A stretch of 64,000 bases of DNA from Alphaproteobacteria bacterium. Its GTDB lineage: Bacteria; Pseudomonadota; Alphaproteobacteria; UBA7985; JAUIBT01. The stretch is taken from assembly GCA_030428255.1 (NCBI GenBank), contig JAUIBT010000020.1, forward strand, positions 9,380-73,379, in the 5' to 3' direction. This document shows, piece after piece, positions 9,580 through 18,960 of the stretch. Position numbers and translations under genes: made by a program. Numbering within the stretch: the first letter of the stretch is position 1; each line of letters begins with the position of its first letter. Below the pieces are notes generated by a model. The model did not search any database. It saw nothing but the letters and a program-made list of their open reading frames with translations, and was not told where the DNA came from.

Positions 9580-10548
9580 CTAGCTCAGCAGGCCGCGTTC
9601 CTTGCGCGGTGTCTTGTGATAGCAATCCCGGTAGCACTTAGAAAAGTGGCTCGCAGAAACGAAGCCGCAAGCCAAAGCCACGTCAATCACCGACATGTTG
9701 GTTTGCAACAACAACAAGCGTGCACGCTTCAGCCTCAGCTCCAGGTAATAGCGCGCGGGCGAGCGGTTGAGATACTTACGGAACAACCGCTCAAGTTGAC
9801 GGGTGGAGAGGTTGGCTTCCTCAGCCAGCTCAGAGCGCGACAGCGGCTCTTCCAGGTTGGCTTCCATGCGTTGGATGACTTGCAAAAGCTTGGGATGTTT
9901 GACGCCCAAACGCGCAGGCAGTGAGACCTTTTGATTGTCGAATTCATCGCGAATGCGCTCGATCATAAATTGGTCGGCGACTGCGGCTGCCAGCTCCCCG
10001 CCGTGTTGCATGGCGATGACGTGCAGGGCCAAATCCAACGGTGCGGTACCACCGGCGCAGGTGACCCGCTTGCCGTCGATTTCATAGATGTCAGAGGTAA
10101 TTTCGATCTCGGGGAATTCTTCGGACAAGGCCGCGATGTTTTCCCAGTGGATCGTGGCGCTGTGACCTTCCAGCAGACCGGCTTTGGCGAGCGCGTAGGT
10201 GCCTGTACAAAGCGCGCCGAGATTTGCGCCCAAACGATCAATCTTGCGCAGCCAATTCAAAATCACTGGCGAGATATTGCGGTGGATATCAAGCCCGCCG
10301 ACCAGCAAAACTAGGGACTTAGGGTTGACGGCATCCAAACGGTGGGTCTCGCGCATAGATATGCCATTGGAGGCCGCGACCGGCACGCCATCTTCCGAGT
10401 GCAGGCTCCAGCTATACAAGGCTTCGCCTGCGTTGCGATTCGCCAGACGAAAGGGCTCGACCGCAGAGGTGAAGGAAATCATCGAATAGTTTGGAATCAG
10501 GACAAAGCTGATGTGATAGGCCTCTTCGCTGCGGGCTTTTTCAAACAT
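9580..10548 (-). CDS. GlxA/GbdR-type AraC-family transcriptional regulator (DJ-1/PfpI-like domain + AraC HTH)
   Basis: N-terminal GATase1-like domain (ISFVLIPNYSMISFTSAVEPFRLAN...LCTGTYALAKAGLL) and C-terminal AraC HTH (..ALACGFVSASHFSKCYRDCYHKTP). Start at internal ATG 10548 (MFEKARSEE). It is divergent from soxB. Confidence 0.85.
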   Translation of the reverse strand: MFEKARSEEAYHISFVLIPNYSMISFTSAVEPFRLANRNAGEALYSWSLHSEDGVPVAASNGISMRETHRLDAVNPKSLVLLVGGLDIHRNISPVILNWLRKIDRLGANLGALCTGTYALAKAGLLEGHSATIHWENIAALSEEFPEIEITSDIYEIDGKRVTCAGGTAPLDLALHVIAMQHGGELAAAVADQFMIERIRDEFDNQKVSLPARLGVKHPKLLQVIQRMEANLEEPLSRSELAEEANLSTRQLERLFRKYLNRSPARYYLELRLKRARLLLLQTNMSVIDVALACGFVSASHFSKCYRDCYHKTPRKERGLLS

Positions 10549-10905
10549 GCGTAGCGGTCTCCTGCGATCATCTGGGCTTAGCGACGAAACGAACCGGGGC
10601 GACTCCAAACCCCGAAATCAGCCTGGCACGACTTTGTTGAATGCGACAAGTCTTACTTGCATTTCCGACGCAGAATATGCGCGCCAGCGCAGATGTACGA
10701 AGCGACCCTTGGATCTTGGCGGCACGGCTGCGGCGGGCCTGGGCCGGGGGAAAGCGAAGCTCTGCGGCGGTTTGGATGCTCAATGTGGGCTCGAAGTGTC
10801 GCTTTTGGTCGCTGGGTCTGGGTTTTTGAGCGACAGTCGCCCTGCGAAGACAGTATTGTTGCGCCAGATTTTGCTCTTCTAACCGCCAGCGAACAGGATC
10901 CTGCC

Positions 10906-12153
10906 GTGCGCTATTCTGCATTCAGTTTGCTGCGAAATACGCTTTCGCATCACAAAAATTGGCCCCAGATGTGGGACAACCCCGACCCGCTTCCCGAATA
11001 CGACGTCATCATCATTGGCGGCGGCGGTCACGGTTTGGCGACGGCCTACTACCTGGCCAGCCAACACGGAATTACCAACGTGGCGGTGCTGGAAAAGGCC
11101 TGGATCGGCGGCGGCAACACAGGCCGCAATACCACCATCGTGCGCTCGAACTACCTGTGGGACGAGTCGGCCAAGCTGTATGAGACCGCGCTCAAGCTGT
11201 GGGAAAACCTCAGCCAAGAGCTGAACTACAACGTCATGTTCTCTCAGCGCGGGGTCATGAACCTGTGCCACAACGTGCATGACGTGCGCGAGACAAAGCG
11301 GCGGGTCAACGCCAACCGCCTAAATGGCATCGATTCGGAATTCCTGGACGCCCAGCAGGTGAAAGAATTCTGCCCTGCCATTGATCTTCGCGGCGGTGGT
11401 CGCTATCCGGTGATGGGCGCCAGCCTTCAGCGCCGGGGCGGCACAGCCCGTCACGATGCGGTGGCTTGGGGTTATGCGCGCGGCGCGGCCAAGCGCGGCG
11501 TTCACATCATCCAAAATTGCCCGGTCACTGGCTTCGACATCGAAGGCGGCGTGATCAAGGGCGTGCAGACCGCCAAAGGCGCGATCAAAGCCAAGCGCGT
11601 CGGCATGGTGGTTGCGGGTCACTCGTCGGTGCTGGCCAATATGGCAGGCTTCAAGCTGCCGCTGCACTGTCGCCCCTTGCAGGCGCTGGTCTCAGAGCCC
11701 GTCAAGCCCGCGATTGATTGCGTGGTCATGTCCAACGCGGTTCACGCCTACATTTCTCAGTCCGATAAGGGCGAGCTGGTGATCGGCGCCGGTACGGATG
11801 CCTACTGCTCGTATGGGCAGCGCGGCTCTATGCACAACACCGAGGGCACATTGGCGGCCATCTGTGAGATGTTCCCCCAGTTCCGCCGTATGAAGATGCT
11901 GCGCGCTTGGGGCGGCATCGTCGATACCTGCCCGGACGCCAGCCCGATCATCGGCCATACGCCGGTCAAGGGCCTTTATATCAACTGCGGTTGGGGGACA
12001 GGCGGCTTTAAGGCGACCCCGGGCTCAGGCTTCGTCTTTGCCGATACCATCGCCAACGAGCGTCCGCACCCGCTGGCCGAGCCTTTCGCACTGTCACGTT
12101 TCTCGACCGGTTATCTGATCGGCGAGCACGGCGCGGCTGGCGTGGCGCACTAA
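10906..12153 (+). CDS. soxB: Sarcosine oxidase subunit beta
   Basis: FAD motif [20 protein letters not shown] and SoxB-typical N-terminus [10 protein letters not shown]. The proposed GTG start at 10906 has an AGGA RBS ~9 nt upstream. The ORF-track frame runs open further upstream. Confidence 0.9.
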   Translation: MRYSAFSLLRNTLSHHKNWPQMWDNPDPLPEYDVIIIGGGGHGLATAYYLASQHGITNVAVLEKAWIGGGNTGRNTTIVRSNYLWDESAKLYETALKLWENLSQELNYNVMFSQRGVMNLCHNVHDVRETKRRVNANRLNGIDSEFLDAQQVKEFCPAIDLRGGGRYPVMGASLQRRGGTARHDAVAWGYARGAAKRGVHIIQNCPVTGFDIEGGVIKGVQTAKGAIKAKRVGMVVAGHSSVLANMAGFKLPLHCRPLQALVSEPVKPAIDCVVMSNAVHAYISQSDKGELVIGAGTDAYCSYGQRGSMHNTEGTLAAICEMFPQFRRMKMLRAWGGIVDTCPDASPIIGHTPVKGLYINCGWGTGGFKATPGSGFVFADTIANERPHPLAEPFALSRFSTGYLIGEHGAAGVAH

Positions 12154-12194
12154 GACTTGCGCTGTTTCAAGAGAATTCCAGAAGGACCACAGAC

Positions 12195-12494
12195 ATGTTG
12201 TTGATTGAGTGTCCCCATTGCGGCCCCCGCAATGAGTCCGAGTTTCACTATGGCGACCAAGCCCATATCGCGCGCCCCGAGCATAACGAAGGCATGAGCG
12301 ATCAAGAGTGGGCCGAATACGTCTACCTGCGTGAAAACCCAAAAGGCCTGTTCCGCGAGCGCTGGTGCCACACCGCCGGTTGCGGGCGCTGGTTCAATGC
12401 CGTGCGCGATACGGTCTCAAGCCGCATCATGGCCACCTATAAGACCGGTGAAGAAGCGCCGATTGGCGCCGACCAAGAAGGAGGCCAGCTCTAA
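12195..12494 (+). CDS. soxD: Sarcosine oxidase subunit delta
   Basis: MLLIECPHCGPRNESEFHYGDQ... Zn-ribbon, the typical SoxD, 99 aa. Its stop overlaps the soxA start. Confidence 0.9.
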   Translation: MLLIECPHCGPRNESEFHYGDQAHIARPEHNEGMSDQEWAEYVYLRENPKGLFRERWCHTAGCGRWFNAVRDTVSSRIMATYKTGEEAPIGADQEGGQL

Positions 12495-15400
12495 TGGCAC
12501 AGAAGTATCGTTTGCCGGACGGTGGTCGCGTCAACCGTGAGCAGCCGCTGCGCTTTACCTTTGACGGCAAGACCTACGAGGGCTTTGAGGGCGACACCCT
12601 GGCCTCAGCACTGATCGCCAACGGCGTGCGCCTGGTTGGTCGCTCGTTCAAGTATCACCGCCCGCGCGGTATCATCACCTCAGGCGTGGACGAGCCCAAC
12701 GCGCTGGTTGATCTCTATTCCGGCACCTCCAAGCACGAGGCCGACGCCCGCACCACCATGGTCGAGCTGGTCGATGGCATGGACGCCAAGTCGATCAACA
12801 ATTACCCCTCGCTGAGCTTCGACGTGGGCGCGGTGAACTCGATCTTCTCCAAGTTCTTCGTCTCGGGCTTTTATTACAAGACCTTCATGTGGCCCACGGC
12901 GGCCTGGCTGAAGGTCTATGAGCCCTTTATCCGTAAGGCTGCGGGCCTGGGGCATGCGCCAACCGTTCCCGATACCGACCACTACGAAAAGCACTACGGT
13001 TATTGCGATGTGCTGATCATCGGTGCGGGCCCGGCGGGCTTGGCGGCGGCGCGGGTCGCTGCCCGCTCTAAGGCGCGCGTCTGGCTGGTGGACGACCAGA
13101 GCGAATTCGGCGGCCACTTGCTGACCCGCGGTCAGACCATCGACGGTATGGACTCGGACGCTTGGATCGTCCAGGTGCGCGCCGAGCTGGAAGCTGCGCC
13201 CAACGTGACCATCAAGACCCGTGCGCAAGCCATCTCCTACTTCGACATGAACTATGTCGCGATCTGGGAGAAGGTCACCAACCACATGGCCAACCCGCCG
13301 GCCTCCATGCCGCGCGAGCGCCTCTACCGCATTCGCGCTGGTCAGGTGATTATCGCTACCGGCTCGCACGAGCGTCCCTTGGTGTTCGCCGACAACGACC
13401 GCCCCGGCGCGATGCTGGCTGGCGCGGCTGAGACCTACATCAAGCGCTATGGCGTTAAGCCAGGCAAACGCGCGGTGGCCATGGTCAACAACGACTACGC
13501 CTATGGCTCGATCCTGGCCCTGCTAGATGCGGGCGTGGAAGTGCCTCTGGTCTGCGACCTGCGCGAGGAGCCCGATGGTGCTTTGACCCAGGCGGTTAAG
13601 GATCGCGGCGTGCCGATCAAGGCCGGCCATGCGGTTGTAGGTGTCAAAGGTGCCAAGGGCGTGAACGGCGTCAAAATCGCCAAGTTGAGCGAGGACGGCA
13701 AGTCTATGGCCGCCGGTGAAAAGCCCATCCATCAGGCCTGTGATCTGCTGGTGCATTCGGCAGGTTGGACCCCAGCGGTTCACGCGCACTGCATGGCGCG
13801 CGGCAAGCTGACTTGGTCGCAAGACATGTCCTGTTTCTTGCCGTCTGAAGGCTCTGACGCCAACCCCAATGCCTCGGCGGGTAACTGCGCGGGACAAATG
13901 GACCTGGCGGCGGCCTTGCAGGGTGGCCACGCGGCGGCGCTGCAAGTGCTGGACGCTCTGGGCATGCCCGCCGAGGGCGCACCCGCAGCGTCCAAGGCCG
14001 AGTCTGACGCGCCCAGCTCGAGCCGCATTTTGTGGATCGTACCGGGCGAAAAAGAGCTGGGCTACGGCAGCGCCAAGCACTTCATCGATTTCCAGAACGA
14101 TTCCACTGCGTTCGATCTGAAACTGGCGGTGCGCGAGGGCATGCACTCAATCGAGCACGTCAAGCGCTACACCACCACAGGCATGGCGACCGATCAGGGC
14201 AAGCTGGCCAACCTCAACGCTATCGGCATTGTCTCTGAGGCGCTGGGCGTTGAGCCGCAGAAGGTCGGCACCACCACCTATCGTTTGCCGTATACGCCGA
14301 CCACCTTTGGCGTGATCGCGGGCCGCGATATCGACGATCTGCTGGACCCCGCCCGGCAAACGGCCATGCACCCTTGGCACGTAGACAACGGCGCGGTGTT
14401 CGAGGATGTCGGCCAGTGGAAGCGCCCCTGGTACTTCCCCAAGAAGGGTGAGAGCATGCACAAAGCTGTGCTGCGGGAGTCCGCAGCTCTGCGAGAGCAT
14501 GTCGGCATCTTGGATGCCTCGACCCTGGGTAAGATTGTGGTCAAAGGCCCCGATGCTGGTGCCTTCTTGGATCTGGTCTATACCAACAAGTTCTCCTCTT
14601 TGAAACCGGGCAAATGTCGCTATGGCCTCATGCTGAACGAAGACGGCATGATCCTGGACGACGGCGTGACCTCGCGCATCAGCGAAGACGAGTTCTACAT
14701 GACCACCACCACGGGCAACGCCGCCCCGGTGCTGGATCATTTGGAAGAGTACTTGCAGACCGAATGGCCCCACATGCAGGTCTATCTGACCTCGGTCACC
14801 GAGCAGTGGGCCACCGCGACCATCGCGGGCCCCAAGGCGCGCGACCTGCTGACTGAGCTGTGCCCGGATGTGGATCTGTCCGCTGAGGCTTTTGGCTTCA
14901 TGGAGTGGCGCGAAGGCACCGTGGCGGACTGCCCGGCGCGCATCTTCCGCATCTCCTTCACCGGCGATGTCTCGTTTGAGATCAACGTGCCCTCGGACTA
15001 CGGTTTGCACCTTTGGACCACCTTGATGCAGGTGGGCCGCAAGTACAGCATCACGCCTTATGGCACCGAGACCATGCACGTCTTGCGCGCTGAGAAGGGC
15101 TTTATCATCGTGGGTCAGGAGACCGACGGATCGGTCATGCCGTTCGACTTGGATATGAACTGGATCGTGTCCAAGAAGAAGGGCGACTTCATTGGCCGCC
15201 GCTCTTTGTATCGCGCCGACATGTCAAAACCGGACCGCAAGCAGTTGGTCGGCATTAAGACTGTCGATCCAAGCGTGGTGCTGGAAGAAGGCGCTCAGTT
15301 GGTGCGCGATCTGAAGGACAAGCCGCCGATGGATATGGTCGGTCACGTCACCTCGAGCTACGAAAGCCCGGCCTGTGGGCGCTCTATCGCACTGGGGCTG

Positions 15401-15526
15401 GTCAAGGGCGGCCTAGCGGCTGTGGGCGAGACGCTCTTTTCACCCCAGGCCGATGGCACGGTGATTGAGCTGCAAACCTGTAGCCCGGTCTTCTTCGACC
15501 CTGAAGGCACCCGCCAGAACGGTTAA
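12494..15526 (+). CDS. soxA: Sarcosine oxidase subunit alpha
   Basis: 1010-aa protein with an N-terminal 2Fe-2S/NAD(FAD) region, a GAGPAGLAAA Rossmann motif and a C-terminal aminomethyltransferase (GcvT-like) folate-binding domain. Confidence 0.93.
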   Translation: MAQKYRLPDGGRVNREQPLRFTFDGKTYEGFEGDTLASALIANGVRLVGRSFKYHRPRGIITSGVDEPNALVDLYSGTSKHEADARTTMVELVDGMDAKSINNYPSLSFDVGAVNSIFSKFFVSGFYYKTFMWPTAAWLKVYEPFIRKAAGLGHAPTVPDTDHYEKHYGYCDVLIIGAGPAGLAAARVAARSKARVWLVDDQSEFGGHLLTRGQTIDGMDSDAWIVQVRAELEAAPNVTIKTRAQAISYFDMNYVAIWEKVTNHMANPPASMPRERLYRIRAGQVIIATGSHERPLVFADNDRPGAMLAGAAETYIKRYGVKPGKRAVAMVNNDYAYGSILALLDAGVEVPLVCDLREEPDGALTQAVKDRGVPIKAGHAVVGVKGAKGVNGVKIAKLSEDGKSMAAGEKPIHQACDLLVHSAGWTPAVHAHCMARGKLTWSQDMSCFLPSEGSDANPNASAGNCAGQMDLAAALQGGHAAALQVLDALGMPAEGAPAASKAESDAPSSSRILWIVPGEKELGYGSAKHFIDFQNDSTAFDLKLAVREGMHSIEHVKRYTTTGMATDQGKLANLNAIGIVSEALGVEPQKVGTTTYRLPYTPTTFGVIAGRDIDDLLDPARQTAMHPWHVDNGAVFEDVGQWKRPWYFPKKGESMHKAVLRESAALREHVGILDASTLGKIVVKGPDAGAFLDLVYTNKFSSLKPGKCRYGLMLNEDGMILDDGVTSRISEDEFYMTTTTGNAAPVLDHLEEYLQTEWPHMQVYLTSVTEQWATATIAGPKARDLLTELCPDVDLSAEAFGFMEWREGTVADCPARIFRISFTGDVSFEINVPSDYGLHLWTTLMQVGRKYSITPYGTETMHVLRAEKGFIIVGQETDGSVMPFDLDMNWIVSKKKGDFIGRRSLYRADMSKPDRKQLVGIKTVDPSVVLEEGAQLVRDLKDKPPMDMVGHVTSSYESPACGRSIALGLVKGGLAAVGETLFSPQADGTVIELQTCSPVFFDPEGTRQNG

Positions 15527-15615
15527 CCCCATGATCAAGCAGAGCTGAGGCTCTGCGCATGCCGACCCAAACCAGCGCACGGCGCTGGGGCGGGAGGCAA
15601 GGAAAGGACAAAGAC

Positions 15616-16200
15616 ATGTCTGCATTGGATTATCGACGCTCGGTTGCCTTGGTTGAGACCGCAGCGCTGTCAGTTGGACACGACGCGTCTGGCGCGGCCC
15701 TGGTCGAGCTGGCCCCCTATTGCGAACAAGGAAGCTGGAGCCTGCGCGGCAATGCCGATGATCAGGGCTTTACAGCAGCCATTGGCGCAGCCTTCGACGG
15801 TTTGGCCTTGCCGCGCGCGGTGGGGGAGACCAGCGAGGCTGGCGGTCTGGTGGCGCTCTGCTTGGGCCCCGATGAATGGCTGTTGGTCAACACTGACCGC
15901 CAAACGGCGCTGAGCTTGGGCGACGACGCCCCCCACCACAGCCTGGTCAATGTCAGCGATCAGTACGCGGTTTTGGACGTGACGGGCCCCATGGCGCGCC
16001 ACTTGCTCAGCAAGTGTGTGCAGATCGATCTGTCGCCCGAGGCGTTTGCGGTCGGCAGCGGCGCACGCACGCTGGCCGCCAAGACGCAAGTGGTGATCCG
16101 CTTGCTGGACGACAGCCCTAGCTTTCGCCTCATGACCCGCCGCTCGTTTGGCCCCTACCTCTGGGCCTGGCTGCAGGACGCGTGCCGCGAGTACGCTTGA
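15616..16200 (+). CDS. soxG: Sarcosine oxidase subunit gamma
   Basis: Follows soxA at the operon position of SoxG and is of typical SoxG size (~195 aa from ATG 15616). Start chosen at ATG 15616 with an AGGA RBS. Confidence 0.8.
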   Translation: MSALDYRRSVALVETAALSVGHDASGAALVELAPYCEQGSWSLRGNADDQGFTAAIGAAFDGLALPRAVGETSEAGGLVALCLGPDEWLLVNTDRQTALSLGDDAPHHSLVNVSDQYAVLDVTGPMARHLLSKCVQIDLSPEAFAVGSGARTLAAKTQVVIRLLDDSPSFRLMTRRSFGPYLWAWLQDACREYA

Positions 16201-16222
16201 TCGCTGGATGAAACCGCTTTGC

Positions 16223-16264
16223 GCCTGGCTGAGTTGAAGCCTGGCTGACCTCACGCCTGGCTGA
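16223..16264. repeat. Direct repeat gcctggctga x3 (period 16) downstream of soxG
   Basis: Seen directly: cgcctggctgagttgaagcctggctgacctcacgcctggctgagcg. Confidence 0.8.
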
Positions 16265-16465
16265 GCGATATCGCCTCGCGCTGGGCAAGGCGGGGCGTGT
16301 CGGTTAGCGCCGCAGCGCAGTCACCTTTGCAGCGAAGTTAGCGCAAAGCCCGAGCAATCGCCGTCGATTGTACCAAAGGTTCGCAGGGCGCATTTGTTTT
16401 ATAAACAAATAGTTAGAGGCTGTTGAGTGTATGCAGCTCAACGAAACCTGCTCCTGCTCCTAGTC

Positions 16466-17629
16466 CTAGTCCTCGTCCAGCTCAAGGGCCTCGACCGACA
16501 AGATGGTGGGCAGGTGACGCGCAACCTCCTGCCAGCTCTCGCCCTCGTCGATACTGGCGAAGACCGAGCCGCTGTTGGTGCCAAAATAGATGCCTGCAGG
16601 GTCTTGCGTATCGCCCGCCATCGCCTGTCGCAGCACGGTGAAATAGCAAGCCTCTTGCGGCAGCCCTTCGCGCATGTCCTGCCAGGTCTCTCCCCCGTCG
16701 CGTGACCGCCAGACAGCCGCCGCCGCACCCGGCGGAAAGCGGCCCTGCATGTCCCCGTTCAAGGGCAAGGTCCAGAGCGTTTGCGGATCGCGCGGATGCA
16801 CACGGATCGGAAAGCCAAAGGTCGATGGCAGCCCATTGGTGATATCGTCCCACGACCGCCCACCATCCGACGAACGCCAAACCCCATGGTGATTCTGCTG
16901 ATACAGCAGGTCGCCGTCGCCCGGTGCGCGCATCATGTTGTGTACGCAGTGGCCGGTTTCTCCATCGCGCGGCGCAGCAGGGTGGTTGCTGTGCTCGCAG
17001 GCCTCAGCGTTCGACAGGCGGTTGCGGCGCTGCCAACTCGCGCCGCCGTCCTCGGTGGCAAAAACACCCGCCGCTGAAATGCCGAGCCACAACTTGTCAG
17101 CATCTTTGGGGTCCGAAACGATGGTGTGCAGCACCAGGCCCGCCGCGCCGGGGCTCCAGCTTTCTGCCGAGGGGTGGTCGTTGAGGCTTTGAACGCGCTG
17201 CCAACTTGCGCCGCCGTCCTCGCTGACCAGCAATTGCGCGGGTTTGGTGCCCGCATAGAGTTTGCCGTGCGCGTAGTGCAGCGACCAGACTTGCTTGAAA
17301 TCTTCGCCAAAGGGTAGCGGCTCGGGCGTCCATCCGACCATTTTGGCAAAGTCGGCGTCGCCAGCCGCCCAGTCGTCCATCGCGCCCTTGGTCAGGCGGC
17401 AGACCTGCCAGGTCTTGCCCGCATCGTCAGAGCGCCAGACCCCCGCACCGCTGAAGTCACCGCCGCCGCCCGCCCAGATTCGCCCGGTCTTGGCATCACC
17501 GACCAAATGATTGATCGGCCAGCCGTCGCAAAAGGGCCCCTCAACCTGCCAGCCGCCGCGCTGAGCGTCGCTGCGAACCAGGAAGGCCCCCTTGGTGGTG
17601 CCGACAAGAAGCGTGATCGTGGTCGCCAT
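16466..17629 (-). CDS. BNR/Asp-box repeat protein (sialidase/glycosyl-hydrolase-like beta-propeller)
   Basis: Six S-x-D-x-G-x-(T/S)-W Asp-box motifs (SDDAGKTW, SEDGGASW, TEDGGASW, SSDGGRSW, SRDGGETW, IDEGESW). Confidence 0.8.
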   Translation of the reverse strand: MATTITLLVGTTKGAFLVRSDAQRGGWQVEGPFCDGWPINHLVGDAKTGRIWAGGGGDFSGAGVWRSDDAGKTWQVCRLTKGAMDDWAAGDADFAKMVGWTPEPLPFGEDFKQVWSLHYAHGKLYAGTKPAQLLVSEDGGASWQRVQSLNDHPSAESWSPGAAGLVLHTIVSDPKDADKLWLGISAAGVFATEDGGASWQRRNRLSNAEACEHSNHPAAPRDGETGHCVHNMMRAPGDGDLLYQQNHHGVWRSSDGGRSWDDITNGLPSTFGFPIRVHPRDPQTLWTLPLNGDMQGRFPPGAAAAVWRSRDGGETWQDMREGLPQEACYFTVLRQAMAGDTQDPAGIYFGTNSGSVFASIDEGESWQEVARHLPTILSVEALELDED

Positions 17630-17721
17630 GGCTCTTTTCCCCCCATTTGGTCAAAGCTGCGTCCGAAGGTCGCAATTTTAGCAGACCTGAGGGCAGGCTG
17701 TCATGGAAAACACGCAGCGAC

Positions 17722-17752
17722 AAAAAAAGGGGCGCTCCGGGCTCCCCTTTTT
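17722..17752. terminator. Probable terminator hairpin downstream of prfB
   Basis: A7-GGGGCGCTCCGGGCTCCCC-T5. The G/C-rich palindromic segment is flanked by A and T runs. Confidence 0.5.
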
Positions 17753-17773
17753 ATGGTGTCCGGCGGACCTGGC

Positions 17774-18896
17774 TTAATCCCCGGCGCTATCACCTACCGG
17801 CTTTAGCTTCAGGGCCAAGGCGGCCTCTAGGAATGGGTCCAGTGCGCCGTCCAGCACCGCGCCCGAGTTCGAGGTCTCGTGCTGGGTGCGCAGGTCCTTG
17901 ACCATCTGGTAGGGTTGCAAAACGTAGGAGCGGATCTGGTGACCCCAGCCGATCTCGGTCTTTTGCGCCTCGGTATCGTTGGCCGCGTCCTCGCGCTTTT
18001 TCAGCTCGGCCTCATAGAGACGCGCGCGCAGCATGGACATGGCGGTGGCCTTGTTCTTGTGCTGCGAACGATCGGATTGACATTGCACCACGATGCCGGT
18101 CGGCTGGTGGGTAATGCGCACCGCCGAGTCGGTGGTGTTGACGTGCTGGCCGCCCGCGCCCGATGCGCGATAGGTATCAATGCGCAGGTCGCTGTCGACG
18201 ATCTCAACATCGATATTGTCGTCGATCACCGGGTAGACCCAGACTGACGCAAAAGAGGTGTGACGCCGCGCCTGGCTGTCAAAGGGGGAGATGCGCACCA
18301 GACGGTGAACGCCGGTCTCGGTCTTGGCCCAGCCGTAGGCGTTCTCGCCCTTGATTTTGATTGAGATGGATTTCAGGCCCGCTTCTTCCCCGGGGCTTTC
18401 TTCCATCAGTTCGGTCTTGAAGCCGCGCTTGTCAGCCCAGCGCAGGTACATGCGCGCCAAAATCTGGCACCAGTCTTGCGCCTCCGTACCGCCTGCACCC
18501 GCGTTGACTTCCAAGAAGCAGTCGTTGGCGTCGGCTTCGCCTGACAGCAAGCTTTCCAGTTGGCGTTTGGCCGCCTCTGCCTTCAAGGCGAGCAGGCCCT
18601 CTTCGGCCTCTGCCAGGGCTTCTTTGTCGTCTTCCATCTCCGCCATGTCGATCAGCTCGGCAAAATCGGACATATCTTGCTCAATCTTGCGAGTGGCGGT
18701 GATGGCTGCTTCCAGCTTTTGCCGCTCCTGCAGCAGGACGCGGGCTTGGTCGGGCTTCGACCACAGCTCAGGGTCTTCGCTTAGAGCATCCAGTTCTTCG
18801 AGGCGTAGGACAGCGTTGTCCCAGTCAAAGATGCCTCCTCAGCAGGCCCAAGGACTTATTGATGTCCTCGACCGCTGCTTGCATTTCCGCGCGCAT
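17774..18896 (-). CDS. prfB: Peptide chain release factor 2, requires programmed +1 ribosomal frameshift
   Basis: ORF0 [23 protein letters not shown] ends at an in-frame UGA inside GGAGG-CAU-CUU-UGA-C. The +1 frame continues [22 protein letters not shown]... into the long ORF, which carries [20 protein letters not shown] and the GGQ motif ([13 protein letters not shown]). Confidence 0.92.
18822..18841 (-). promoter_or_regulatory. prfB: prfB programmed +1 frameshift site (SD-like GGAGG + CUU UGA C)
   Basis: The minus-strand sequence gaggaggcatctttgactgg matches the canonical RF2 autoregulatory frameshift element. Confidence 0.9.
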
Positions 18897-18960
18897 GGCG
18901 TTCTCCAAATCTCGTGTGGACTGCGGGTATAGAAGCGGGGCAGGCGCTTGGCAAGGGGCT

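Noticed and set aside
10549-10905. Sigma-54-like TGGCACG...TTG motif in the GlxA-regulator/soxB intergenic region
   Set aside because: The spacing and the -12 element (TTGT/TTGA instead of TTGC) do not fit the -24/-12 consensus well. There is no EBP-type activator nearby, since the regulator is AraC-type.
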